Shown here: piece by piece, positions 31,017 to 38,929 of the stretch | Layout of the letters: the number at the start of each line of letters is the position of its first letter | Numbering within the stretch: the stretch's first letter is position 1 | DNA from: a virus | Direction: 5' to 3' (one strand) | Virus record (IMG/VR): IMGVR_UViG_3300045988_070117 | Location: 1 to 41,267 of that record | DNA length: 41,267 nt | The notes under the pieces: generated by a model | The model's database searches: none | What the model was told of the DNA's origin: nothing | Seen by the model: the letters and a program-made list of their open reading frames with translations, nothing else | Position numbers and translations under genes: made by a program

Positions 31017-31395
31017 GCTTGTCTGCCTTCTCGACAGCGTCCAGAAAGTCGCTCAGAGCTTTCCACCCTTCAGGGCCTAGTGACGCGAGAATGCGCATGA
31101 CGCGCTTCTGAAACTCGTCTCCCTTGTCTGATAAGACGTCGCCGACGAAACCGGCGATTTGCTCGTCGATGGTCGGTTCACGAAACATTTCGCCTTCGCC
31201 GGTTTCAAGCCAGATACGGTCACAGCCGTATATGCGGCAGATGAGATCGGCAAAAGCGGAGCTTATATCGGTCTTTCCTTCTTCAATGCCTTTAATTACC
31301 CCGCGTCCACAGCCCAGCTTTTCAGCAAAATCGGTCTGCGAAAGCCCGGTTGATTTTCTAAGTTCGCGAAACCGGTCTTTGAGCTCGCTCATCAT
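31012..31395 (-). CDS. XRE-family (CI-like) repressor
   Basis: Trimmed to MMSELKDRFRELRKSTGLSQTDFAEKLGCGRGVIKGIEEG (AAGGAGGTGA RBS). Divergent from the early operon. Confidence 0.85.
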   Translation of the reverse strand: MMSELKDRFRELRKSTGLSQTDFAEKLGCGRGVIKGIEEGKTDISSAFADLICRIYGCDRIWLETGEGEMFREPTIDEQIAGFVGDVLSDKGDEFQKRVMRILASLGPEGWKALSDFLDAVEKADKQ

Positions 31396-31413
31396 TATCA
31401 CCTCCTTGCATTT

Positions 31414-31442
31414 ATTATAACACATAATCGTGCATTTGTCAA
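31414..31442 (-). promoter_or_regulatory. Consensus promoter of the CI-like repressor gene
   Basis: On the minus strand: TTGACA (31442-31437), a 17-nt spacer, then TGtTATAAT (31422-31414). Confidence 0.7.
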
Positions 31443-31487
31443 TGGATGTGAGAACCAAAATAATATTTTATTTTTTTCAAAAAGGTC

Positions 31488-31516
31488 TTGACAACCAGTC
31501 AAAAGTGTGGTATAAT
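31488..31516 (+). promoter_or_regulatory. Consensus early rightward promoter
   Basis: TTGACA (31488-31493), a 17-nt spacer, then TGgTATAAT (31508-31516). The palindrome TTGAC-N5-GTCAA (31488-31502) overlaps the -35. Confidence 0.75.
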
Positions 31517-31577
31517 GGATACAGCAACCAAGAGAAAACGAAAACAAGGCTGACACAACCATAAAGGGGTACACAAC

Positions 31578-31922
31578 ATGACCGAAACAATCATCCGGGT
31601 TTACACCGGAAACGTCAAGACCATCAAAAAAGCAGATCGGAAAATCAATCAGAGTGGATACTATGAGATCGGCTACAAAGAATTCGACGCCGAGACCGGC
31701 GAGCTTATAGGCGAGGGGTCAGCGGATTTCAGCTCCGCGAGAATGCACGGAGAGCTTAAGAGATACGATGTACAAGCCTATTCCGGCAGATTAAATCGCG
31801 CAGGCGGCAGAATGACCGAAACCATCGGAGTAATTTTCGTCAGCAAGAACCAGAAGTTCCCCGCGATAAAAGCGGCAAGGCTCATATACGGCGAGCGCGT
31901 CGCGAGAATTGAGAGATTCTGA
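31578..31922 (+). CDS. Hypothetical early protein
   Basis: AAGGGG RBS; first gene after the early promoter. Confidence 0.65.
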   Translation: MTETIIRVYTGNVKTIKKADRKINQSGYYEIGYKEFDAETGELIGEGSADFSSARMHGELKRYDVQAYSGRLNRAGGRMTETIGVIFVSKNQKFPAIKAARLIYGERVARIERF

Positions 31923-31936
31923 GAGGAGATAACGAA

Positions 31937-32245
31937 ATGAAAACAGTAGTCAAGAAAGTAGTCATCGAGGGCATGGATTTTGCCCTCGTCCGCGAACCGG
32001 AGTGGGGCACCGATCACCAGTATGGCACGGTGCCGTACTCCGAGGTCGACGAGAACGGACGTCTGAAGCGCGCCCTCCTGAACGGGTTTGAAATGTGCGT
32101 CGCCGCAACTCCTGAGGAAGCAATCGAACGCCGCGAAGACGTCCTGCTCGCCCAGAAGTGGAAAGCAAAACACCCGAATGCAACCGAAGTCGAAGAAATG
32201 AACGCAATAGCGGATATTGTCAGACGCAGAGTGACGGGGGCATAA
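31937..32245 (+). CDS. Hypothetical early protein
   Basis: GAGGAG RBS. Confidence 0.65.
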   Translation: MKTVVKKVVIEGMDFALVREPEWGTDHQYGTVPYSEVDENGRLKRALLNGFEMCVAATPEEAIERREDVLLAQKWKAKHPNATEVEEMNAIADIVRRRVTGA

Positions 32246-32278
32246 GCCCCCGGTAATGCGGCAGGCAGAAGGAACTAT

Positions 32279-32683
32279 ATGGCCAAAGAAAAAGATGGTA
32301 TATACAAATGTTCAAAATGCGGTTGTGAAGAGTTTTACCGAGAAAAAACGGGAACGAAAAGATGCGTAAAATGTCAAAAAGAACGCATGAAAAAAATATA
32401 TGCCAGTGACGCGTACAAGTCAAAACACAGAGCGAGCGATCGATTCCGCAGACGTGGATGCACGGAAGCACAATACAATGAAAGGATGCAAAAGCAAGCC
32501 GGAAAATGCGAAATATGCGGCAAAGAACTATGGCAAGAGCTTAGAATAGACCATGACCATAAGTCCGGCGCGTTAAGAGGTTTGCTATGCGATAAATGCA
32601 ATTTAGGGATTGGACATTTCGCAGATTCCCCGGACGTTCTGCGAAAAGCGGCTCAATACCTTGAAAAATACACAAACAGTTAG
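32279..32683 (+). CDS. Recombination endonuclease VII family protein
   Basis: CEICGKEL...LRIDHDHKSGALRGLLCDKCNLGIGHF is the Endo VII signature. Confidence 0.88.
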   Translation: MAKEKDGIYKCSKCGCEEFYREKTGTKRCVKCQKERMKKIYASDAYKSKHRASDRFRRRGCTEAQYNERMQKQAGKCEICGKELWQELRIDHDHKSGALRGLLCDKCNLGIGHFADSPDVLRKAAQYLEKYTNS

Positions 32684-32722
32684 CCCCGGTCGCAAGCCCG
32701 GGCAGAATAAGGAGGTGAGAAA

Positions 32723-33031
32723 ATGGGTTATATACACACGCTGAAACGCTATGGCGCCGTTACTCGTGCGTACTTCCGCGCCAACGATGCGTATGTCATC
32801 CGAAACCTTGATCGGTACGAAGACGTTTGCCTTGCTCTCCGGGACAAGCGAAACGCGCTCATAGATGAAATTAAGGCGTATGTCGCCCGTCCGGTCAGAG
32901 TTCGTCGTTTCACCGACGATTTTGTCGACGGTCAATGGCATATCGAGTATGGACGGTATTTGATCCGTCGTCAGCAGATACTGACGGCTTGCCGTCTGCT
33001 CGGTGTTGATTCCCGAGAAATCCGCTTTTGA
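32723..33031 (+). CDS. Hypothetical protein
   Basis: AAGGAGGTGA RBS. Confidence 0.65.
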   Translation: MGYIHTLKRYGAVTRAYFRANDAYVIRNLDRYEDVCLALRDKRNALIDEIKAYVARPVRVRRFTDDFVDGQWHIEYGRYLIRRQQILTACRLLGVDSREIRF

Positions 33032-33047
33032 AAGAAAGGAGAACCAC

Positions 33048-33344
33048 ATGACCAACGTACCAATGATAGCAAGTGTAGAGACGGCAGTGACCGCCTACTA
33101 CACAAAACCACAGCTCGGCAATGCTGAGATCAATGAGATCTTCGGCGGTCTGAGCAAAGGCAAAGTGTGTCAGCTTAAGGTACTCGCACGGGAGAAAATG
33201 GAAGAACTTGGAATCCCGCTAATGAACAACCGCACAGTTGACGCGGACGCAGCCTACCAGGCGTGGGGGCTGAACATCGGCGATCTCGAGCGCCGATACG
33301 CAAAAATTAAGAAAATGGAGGAAAATAACAATGGCAAAAACTGA
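33048..33344 (+). CDS. Hypothetical protein, possible HTH
   Basis: Track ORF trimmed to ATG 33048 (GAAAGGAG RBS). Confidence 0.6.
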   Translation: MTNVPMIASVETAVTAYYTKPQLGNAEINEIFGGLSKGKVCQLKVLAREKMEELGIPLMNNRTVDADAAYQAWGLNIGDLERRYAKIKKMEENNNGKN

Positions 33345-33495
33345 AAAGCTCTCGGCCGAAAACGCCGATCTGCTCGCGAACATCCTACGCCATCTCGTCG
33401 CAATGAGCGAAAGCGACCTTCTGCCGCTGGAGTGCTACTGCAAAGGCTTCGAAGCCGGTAAGGCGTCGAGCGAGAAGAACAGCAAGACTGCGTGA
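33331..33495 (+). CDS. Small hypothetical protein (54 aa)
   Basis: ORF is below the track cutoff. GGAGGA lies 9 nt upstream of ATG 33331. Confidence 0.5.
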   Translation: MAKTEKLSAENADLLANILRHLVAMSESDLLPLECYCKGFEAGKASSEKNSKTA

Positions 33496-33504
33496 GGTGT
33501 GGAC

Positions 33505-33771
33505 ATGATCACCGAAGTCGACTACGAAAAAATCCACAGCTTACAGACCGAGCTCATCCGCAAGCAGGACCGCACAATCGATGAACTCAGAGCCTCGAAC
33601 AAAATCCTCGAGGCTACGAACAAAATCCTCGCAGAGGCGCTCTCGCGGGCTCTGACGCGCGAAGGACGCGACCGGGTATTCATACCGGCTTGTGAAGCAA
33701 ACAGCGACGCAGAGTTCCGCACGGAGCGCACGATTGACAATGACATACTCATCATCAGGGTCAGAGCATGA
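33505..33771 (+). CDS. Coiled-coil hypothetical protein
   Basis: Trimmed to ATG 33505 (GAGGTG RBS). Confidence 0.6.
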   Translation: MITEVDYEKIHSLQTELIRKQDRTIDELRASNKILEATNKILAEALSRALTREGRDRVFIPACEANSDAEFRTERTIDNDILIIRVRA

Positions 33772-33852
33772 AAAAAGACCCGCGGCGGAGCGGCAACTCC
33801 GGACGCGGGCAGATAAAATCATCCATGAACATTATAACACAGGAGGAACAAA

Positions 33853-34449
33853 ATGTCAAGCCTTTTCAACATTTCATCTCGCTACGCGTCGGTGCTTAAG
33901 CTCATCGACGACTACACCGACTGGGAGCCGGGCACCGACGCCGAGGGTCACTACCTCGACGAAAACAATGAGATCATAGACGATCTCGTCGAGTACCGCC
34001 AGCAGCTCACCGACGCGCTCCTCGACACTCTCGACGCCGTTGACGGCGAGATGGCGGACAAGCTCGCGAACTGCGGCGCGTTCGTTAAGCAGCTTACTGC
34101 CGAAGCAGGAGCGCTCGACGCCGAAATCAAGTCGCTGCGGCAGCGCAGTGCGTCGAAGAAGCGCGAAATCGAGCGCTTCAAGAAGTACATCATGGACTGC
34201 ATGATAAACGCCGACGTCAAGAAGGTCGACGAGCCGCTCGCGAAGCTCACTATCAGGCAGAACGCTGAGAGTGTGGAAGTAGCTGATGAACTCGGGTTTA
34301 TTGACTGGGCACAGCGGAACGACCGCGACGATCTGCTCAGGTATTCGACGCCGGACATCAACAAGACAGCAGTCAAGGACGCGATACGCTCCGGCACGGA
34401 GCTTCCCGGCGCTCAGATCGTCCGCACGAAGTCCCTGATAATCAAGTAA
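33853..34449 (+). CDS. Siphovirus Gp157-like protein
   Basis: Begins MSSLFNISSRYASVLKLID, with a coiled-coil centre. Position before the AAA_24/helicase genes is as in the Sfi21-type module. Confidence 0.75.
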   Translation: MSSLFNISSRYASVLKLIDDYTDWEPGTDAEGHYLDENNEIIDDLVEYRQQLTDALLDTLDAVDGEMADKLANCGAFVKQLTAEAGALDAEIKSLRQRSASKKREIERFKKYIMDCMINADVKKVDEPLAKLTIRQNAESVEVADELGFIDWAQRNDRDDLLRYSTPDINKTAVKDAIRSGTELPGAQIVRTKSLIIK

Positions 34450-34461
34450 GGAGGAAGACAT

Positions 34462-35331
34462 ATGTTCGAGAAAGCAGCAAGGAAGAAAGCGAAACTCAGG
34501 CTCGCGCTCACAGGTCCTTCCGGCTCGGGCAAAACCCTGTCGGCGCTGATGATAGCGGGCGGCATGACCGGCGGCGACTGGTCGCGCGTCGCTCTGATCG
34601 ACACGGAGCACGAGAGAGCGAGGTTCTACGCGGATCGTCCGGAGTGGGGCACGGGCGAGTTCCTCTATCAGCCTCTCGTCCCGCCGTATAAAGCGGACAA
34701 GTACATCGAGATTGCCAAAGCGGGAGCCGAGGCGGTCGGAGAAGACGGCGTGCTGATCGTCGATTCCCTGTCCCACGCGTGGGAGGGCGAAGGCGGCGTC
34801 CTCGAGTATAAAGCCGAGGTCGAGAAGCAGAAAGGCAAGAACTCATACACCGCGTGGGATGAAGCCGGAAAGGTGCAGAACACGCTCATCACCACATTGC
34901 TTTCGCTCCCCTGCCACGTCATCGTGACGCTCCGGACGAAAACGGCATACGCGATGGAGCTGAACGACCGCGGCAAGAACGTTCCGGTAAAGATCGGTCT
35001 CGCGCCGATACAGCGCGAGAACACCGAGTACGAGTTCGACGTCGTGCTGAACCTCGACCGGGCGCATTACGCGACGGCTTCGAAAGACACGACATTCCTT
35101 GACGATTTCAACGCGCCGATAACCCCCGAGATCGGGCAGAAACTCCGCGACTGGCTCGCCGAAGGAGCGGAGCCGGACAGGTGCGCGGACTGCGGACACG
35201 TGATACTACCGGAGCGCGGCGTCACCGTCGCGCAGATCGTCGACGGCACAACGAAAACATATGGGCGCAAGCTCTGTATGAGCTGCGCGGGAAAGGCGAA
35301 GAATGCAGCAGCTCAGACCGTATCAGGTTGA
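34462..35331 (+). CDS. AAA_24-type (Sak4-like) RecA-fold ATPase with a C-terminal Zn-ribbon
   Basis: Walker A LTGPSGSGKT. The C-terminus has CADCGH...CMSC. Confidence 0.8.
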   Translation: MFEKAARKKAKLRLALTGPSGSGKTLSALMIAGGMTGGDWSRVALIDTEHERARFYADRPEWGTGEFLYQPLVPPYKADKYIEIAKAGAEAVGEDGVLIVDSLSHAWEGEGGVLEYKAEVEKQKGKNSYTAWDEAGKVQNTLITTLLSLPCHVIVTLRTKTAYAMELNDRGKNVPVKIGLAPIQRENTEYEFDVVLNLDRAHYATASKDTTFLDDFNAPITPEIGQKLRDWLAEGAEPDRCADCGHVILPERGVTVAQIVDGTTKTYGRKLCMSCAGKAKNAAAQTVSG

Positions 35332-36640
35332 TGTCGTCAACCGCGTCCATCAGGCATGGGCGGAAGGAGCGCGAGCGCCGTGTGTGGTGCTCCCCTGCGG
35401 AGCGGGAAAATCATGTATCGTCGCAGACATGGCACGCCGTACAACATGGAAGGGCAACCGGGTGCTGTTCCTCGTCCACAGAAAAGAGCTCGTCGACCAG
35501 ATTGTCCGGACGTTCATCGGATGGGGCGTCGACATGGAGTACTGCACTGTGGGCATGGTTCAGACGATAACACGCAGAATCCATAAAATGCGCCCGCCGT
35601 CGCTGATCATCACCGACGAGAATCACCACTCACTCGCTGCGTCATACCGCCGGATATACGACGCATTTCCGAAAGCCTATCGCGTCGGCGTGACAGCTAC
35701 GCCGGTCAGACTGAACGGCGACGGGCTCGGAGATGTAAACGACCGGCTGATAATCGGTGTGTCCGCGAAGTGGCTGATTGAAAATCACTTCCTCGCGCCG
35801 TATGACTACTACGCGCCGAGCGTCGCCGACCTCACCGGACTGCACGTCAAGCAGGGCGAGTACGTCGCTTCCGAGATTGAATCGCGGCTGATGTCGTCAG
35901 CTATCTACGGAGACGTCATCGCGAACTACAAGAACCTCGGAAAAGGCGAAAAAGCTATCTGTTACTGCGCGTCGATCAAGCACTCGAAAGCGGTCGCGGA
36001 AGCGTTTTCGAAAGCTGGAATTCCCGCCGTCCACCTCGACGGCGAGACGCCAAAACCGGAACGAAATCGCATTATCACCGACTTCCGCGCCGGAAAAATC
36101 CGGGTGCTGTGCAACGTCGATCTGATTTCCGAGGGGTTCGATGTGCCTGACTGCGGGTGCGCAATACTTCTCAGACCGACAAAATCGTTGACACTGTATA
36201 TACAACAGTCAATGCGGTGTATGCGTTATATGCCGGACAAGCAAGCGGTGATCATCGACCACGTGGGCAATTACGCCCGGTTCGGAATGCCGGACGATGA
36301 CCGCGAATGGTCCCTCGAAAAGAAGGACCGGACGAAGAAAGCACCGCGTGAGCAGAACGACGTGAAAATCGTCACCTGTCCCGAGTGCTTCCGGGTGTTC
36401 GAGCCGAACGACCTCCACAGGTGCCCGTGGTGCGGCGCTCCTCTCCCGAAGAAAGTCAGGGAGATACAGGAGAAGGCGGCTGAGCTTGTCCGTATCGAGG
36501 GTTTCACGCTCCGGTACACACAGCCGTCAGACTGCAAGACATACGCAGAGCTGCAAGCATACGGCAAGCAGCATGGATATAAGCCGGGCTGGGCATGGCA
36601 CCAGGCACGGACGCGAGGACTGATACATGACAGAGCATGA
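35303..36640 (+). CDS. SF2 DEAD/DEAH-box helicase
   Basis: LRPYQ, PCGAGKS (motif I) and TDENHH (motif II). Confidence 0.88.
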   Translation: MQQLRPYQVDVVNRVHQAWAEGARAPCVVLPCGAGKSCIVADMARRTTWKGNRVLFLVHRKELVDQIVRTFIGWGVDMEYCTVGMVQTITRRIHKMRPPSLIITDENHHSLAASYRRIYDAFPKAYRVGVTATPVRLNGDGLGDVNDRLIIGVSAKWLIENHFLAPYDYYAPSVADLTGLHVKQGEYVASEIESRLMSSAIYGDVIANYKNLGKGEKAICYCASIKHSKAVAEAFSKAGIPAVHLDGETPKPERNRIITDFRAGKIRVLCNVDLISEGFDVPDCGCAILLRPTKSLTLYIQQSMRCMRYMPDKQAVIIDHVGNYARFGMPDDDREWSLEKKDRTKKAPREQNDVKIVTCPECFRVFEPNDLHRCPWCGAPLPKKVREIQEKAAELVRIEGFTLRYTQPSDCKTYAELQAYGKQHGYKPGWAWHQARTRGLIHDRA

Positions 36641-36938
36641 CGTCCAGAACCTCATCCGCACACGGTGTGGAGATATCGCGCTGCTGTTCCGGGCAAACGT
36701 CGGAAGCTGGGTGACGAAGGACGGCAGGTTCGTCACGACCGGGCTTCCGGTCGGATTCCCCGATCTGTTCGGCGTCCGGTTCTCGGACGGCAAAGCGGTG
36801 TTCATCGAAATCAAAAAGCCCGGCGGGAAAGTCCGACCGGAGCAGGAAAAATTCGTCTCGAGAATGCGCGAATACGGGTTTATTTCCGGTATCGCCTACT
36901 CGGTCGAAGACGCGAGAAAATTAATTTTGGAGGATTAA
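36627..36938 (+). CDS. VRR-NUC domain nuclease
   Basis: GFPDLFGV...FIEIKKPGGKVRPEQEKF matches the D...E-x-K core pattern. Confidence 0.85.
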   Translation: MTEHDVQNLIRTRCGDIALLFRANVGSWVTKDGRFVTTGLPVGFPDLFGVRFSDGKAVFIEIKKPGGKVRPEQEKFVSRMREYGFISGIAYSVEDARKLILED

Positions 36939-36943
36939 ATTTA

Positions 36944-37471
36944 ATGTTTAACTTAAGCTACCAGGATCTGAATGACATCATCCCCGAGGGAAAATACGAA
37001 GCCGCTATCACCCGCGCCGCCGAAGATCACGGCTGTGTGGTCATCAACTGCGAAATCCGCAAGGACGTGCAGCAGACCTGTGCCGGACGCACTCTGACTC
37101 ACTGGATGTACAAGCTCCGCGAGCCAAAGGAACTCGACGCCGCTGTCGGCGGGTACAGCTTTTCACAGGTCATGCGTATCGCGAAAGCCGCCGCTCTGCC
37201 GGAAGGCAAGAACTACCAGTCACTCGGCGAAATGCTCGCCGACCTCGCGGGCAAGGCTGTGCAGCTCGAGCTTTATCACGAGCTGTACAACGGGAAGAAG
37301 TATCTTAAAGTGAAATACTGGAACCCCTCAGAGGCAGGACCGCTGACATACGTTCCTGAACCTCCACAGCCTCGTCAGAGCGCCGGGAGCTCGAGCACGG
37401 CTAAGAATACCGCCCCGGCACAGAACACGCAGTCAGGCGGTATTCCTGGCTCTGCTCTGCCGTGGAACTGA
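36944..37471 (+). CDS. DUF669-like (putative ssDNA-binding) protein
   Basis: Track ORF 36665-37471 trimmed to ATG 36944 (GGAGGA RBS). Sits in the module with AAA_24, helicase and primase. It has a disordered tail ending in LPWN. Confidence 0.65.
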   Translation: MFNLSYQDLNDIIPEGKYEAAITRAAEDHGCVVINCEIRKDVQQTCAGRTLTHWMYKLREPKELDAAVGGYSFSQVMRIAKAAALPEGKNYQSLGEMLADLAGKAVQLELYHELYNGKKYLKVKYWNPSEAGPLTYVPEPPQPRQSAGSSSTAKNTAPAQNTQSGGIPGSALPWN

Positions 37472-37478
37472 AGCTATA

Positions 37479-37751
37479 ATGAAATCTAAAGACATTCGCC
37501 TTGTCCCCACGTGCGCAGAGTGCCCCGAACAATACGACGCGTATGACCCTGCCGGAAATCCGGTCGGATACATACGCGTCCGCTGGGGAATCTGTGCGGC
37601 GTGGTGCACAATTATCGACGGTGCTTATGACAAGTGCGTATACAGTAAAAATGTCCGCGGCTGGTGGAAGTTTAACAGCGAATTTGAGCGGCGGTTCCAC
37701 CTATGGCGTATCAGACGCGCGTTTGCGAAGTGCCTGAGCAAGCCGCATTAA
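37479..37751 (+). CDS. Hypothetical Cys/Trp-rich protein
   Basis: The ORF follows the operon. Its 3' end overlaps the convergent PIN-like gene by 41 nt. Confidence 0.5.
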   Translation: MKSKDIRLVPTCAECPEQYDAYDPAGNPVGYIRVRWGICAAWCTIIDGAYDKCVYSKNVRGWWKFNSEFERRFHLWRIRRAFAKCLSKPH

Positions 37752-38274
37752 TACGTGCTATGAAGTCTTCGTAAGTAATCGCTCGCCCCGGTTCGCCGTG
37801 ATTGACCTTGTTGAAGAACCTACGGTCATTGACCACTAATACGCATCCGTGCACAACAGAAACCATACCTATCATAGCGTCATTGTAATGCTGATGATCG
37901 TTGTTATTAAGGATGTCCCTGAATACCTTTTCAGCGGCATATTCGCTATCCGGCAAGATATCGAATGTCCCGTCTAGCGTCCAACGGTAAGGTAAGAGAG
38001 TCGCTATCTGCCCCACATATTGTGTCTGCAACTTGATGATAATTTTCAGTAAGCGGGACATAAAGTCAACACGATCTCGTTCAACAAAGTTATCCGGCAC
38101 ATCCGCATGGCGCCGGGCAACACTTTTCAAAATTTCGTCGACCTGAATCTCTGAAAAATAGTATTCAAAACCGAACGATTTTGAGGAATAAATCAGAATT
38201 TCATCGCCCGAATTGCGGGTAATGCGATTTAACGCAGAGGTATCAAACATAAATCGCTTATCGACAATATCCAT
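37711..38274 (-). CDS. PIN-like domain protein, reverse-oriented insertion
   Basis: Trimmed to ATG 38274 (GGAGGTG RBS). FMFDTSAL near the N-terminus and NDAMIGMVSVVHGCVLVVNDRRF near the C-terminus fit the PIN acidic-residue pattern. Visibly lower G+C than its neighbours. Confidence 0.65.
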   Translation of the reverse strand: MDIVDKRFMFDTSALNRITRNSGDEILIYSSKSFGFEYYFSEIQVDEILKSVARRHADVPDNFVERDRVDFMSRLLKIIIKLQTQYVGQIATLLPYRWTLDGTFDILPDSEYAAEKVFRDILNNNDHQHYNDAMIGMVSVVHGCVLVVNDRRFFNKVNHGEPGRAITYEDFIARINAACSGTSQTRV

Positions 38275-38300
38275 TATAATCACCTCCTCTCTCAGGAATG

Positions 38301-38329
38301 ATTATACCACAAATTCCATCAAAAAACAA
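38301..38329 (-). promoter_or_regulatory. Promoter of the PIN-like gene
   Basis: On the minus strand: TTGTTT (38329-38324), a 17-nt spacer, then TGgTATAAT (38309-38301). Confidence 0.6.
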
Positions 38330-38341
38330 GGAGAAACAGCA

Positions 38342-38923
38342 ATGGAAAACAATCAGGTACAAATCTTCGAGAACCCCGAGTTCGGGAAAATGAGAACTCT
38401 TATGATCGACGGTGAGCCGTGGGCGTCCGGCAAGGACGTTGCAACCGCTCTCGGGTACGCAAATTCGCAAAAAGCAATCCGCGACCACGTAGATCCTGAA
38501 GACAGGACGGTGAACGAATCGTTCACCGTCAACGGAACGAAACTCACTCTCATCAACGAATCCGGCTTATACTCCCTCATCCTCGGCTCAAAGCTCCCGA
38601 AAGCGAAAGAATTCAAGCACTGGGTAACGTCCGAAGTCCTCCCGACGCTCCGCAAAACCGGCAGCTACGGCAAGAAACCGGCTCCGGCTGACCCGTCCGC
38701 GCTCGCCGATCTCGTCAGAGCAACGTCGCAGCTCATGCGCGACCAGAGGAAGAACGTACACGACATAGCATACGCCGCCGCCGTTATCATGCACCAGTAC
38801 GGCGTGGACGTCCCGGCGGAGTTCCTCGCGACACAGGGTGAGAGAGAATACACATTCCGCCGCGAGACAGACGAAATGCTCAGGCAGGTCAGGGAATACA
38901 AACCCCTCCTCCCGTGGAACTGA
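38342..38923 (+). CDS. BRO-N domain protein (antirepressor-type)
   Basis: Track ORF trimmed to ATG 38342 (AAGGAG RBS). QIFENPEFGKMRTLMIDGEPWASGKDVATALGY...LINESGLYSLILGSKLPKAKEFKHWVTSEVLP is the Bro-N signature. Confidence 0.85.
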   Translation: MENNQVQIFENPEFGKMRTLMIDGEPWASGKDVATALGYANSQKAIRDHVDPEDRTVNESFTVNGTKLTLINESGLYSLILGSKLPKAKEFKHWVTSEVLPTLRKTGSYGKKPAPADPSALADLVRATSQLMRDQRKNVHDIAYAAAVIMHQYGVDVPAEFLATQGEREYTFRRETDEMLRQVREYKPLLPWN

Positions 38924-38929
38924 TCCCCG

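Noticed and set aside
30635-31080. Track ORFs 30635-30853 and 30850-31080 in switch A
   Set aside because: They cross the two promoters or the bidirectional terminator. The shorter RBS-preceded ORF at 30878-30982 fits the signals better.
33779-33812. GC-rich hairpin (CCCGCGGCGGAG...CTCCGGACGCGGG) between 33771 and 33853
   Set aside because: No U-tract follows it, and it sits within an operon. It is probably only a weak mRNA structural element, and there is not enough evidence to call it a terminator or ncRNA.
33874-34776. 300-aa minus-strand ORF
   Set aside because: It is antisense to the Gp157-like and AAA_24 genes, both of which have family motifs and strong RBSs.
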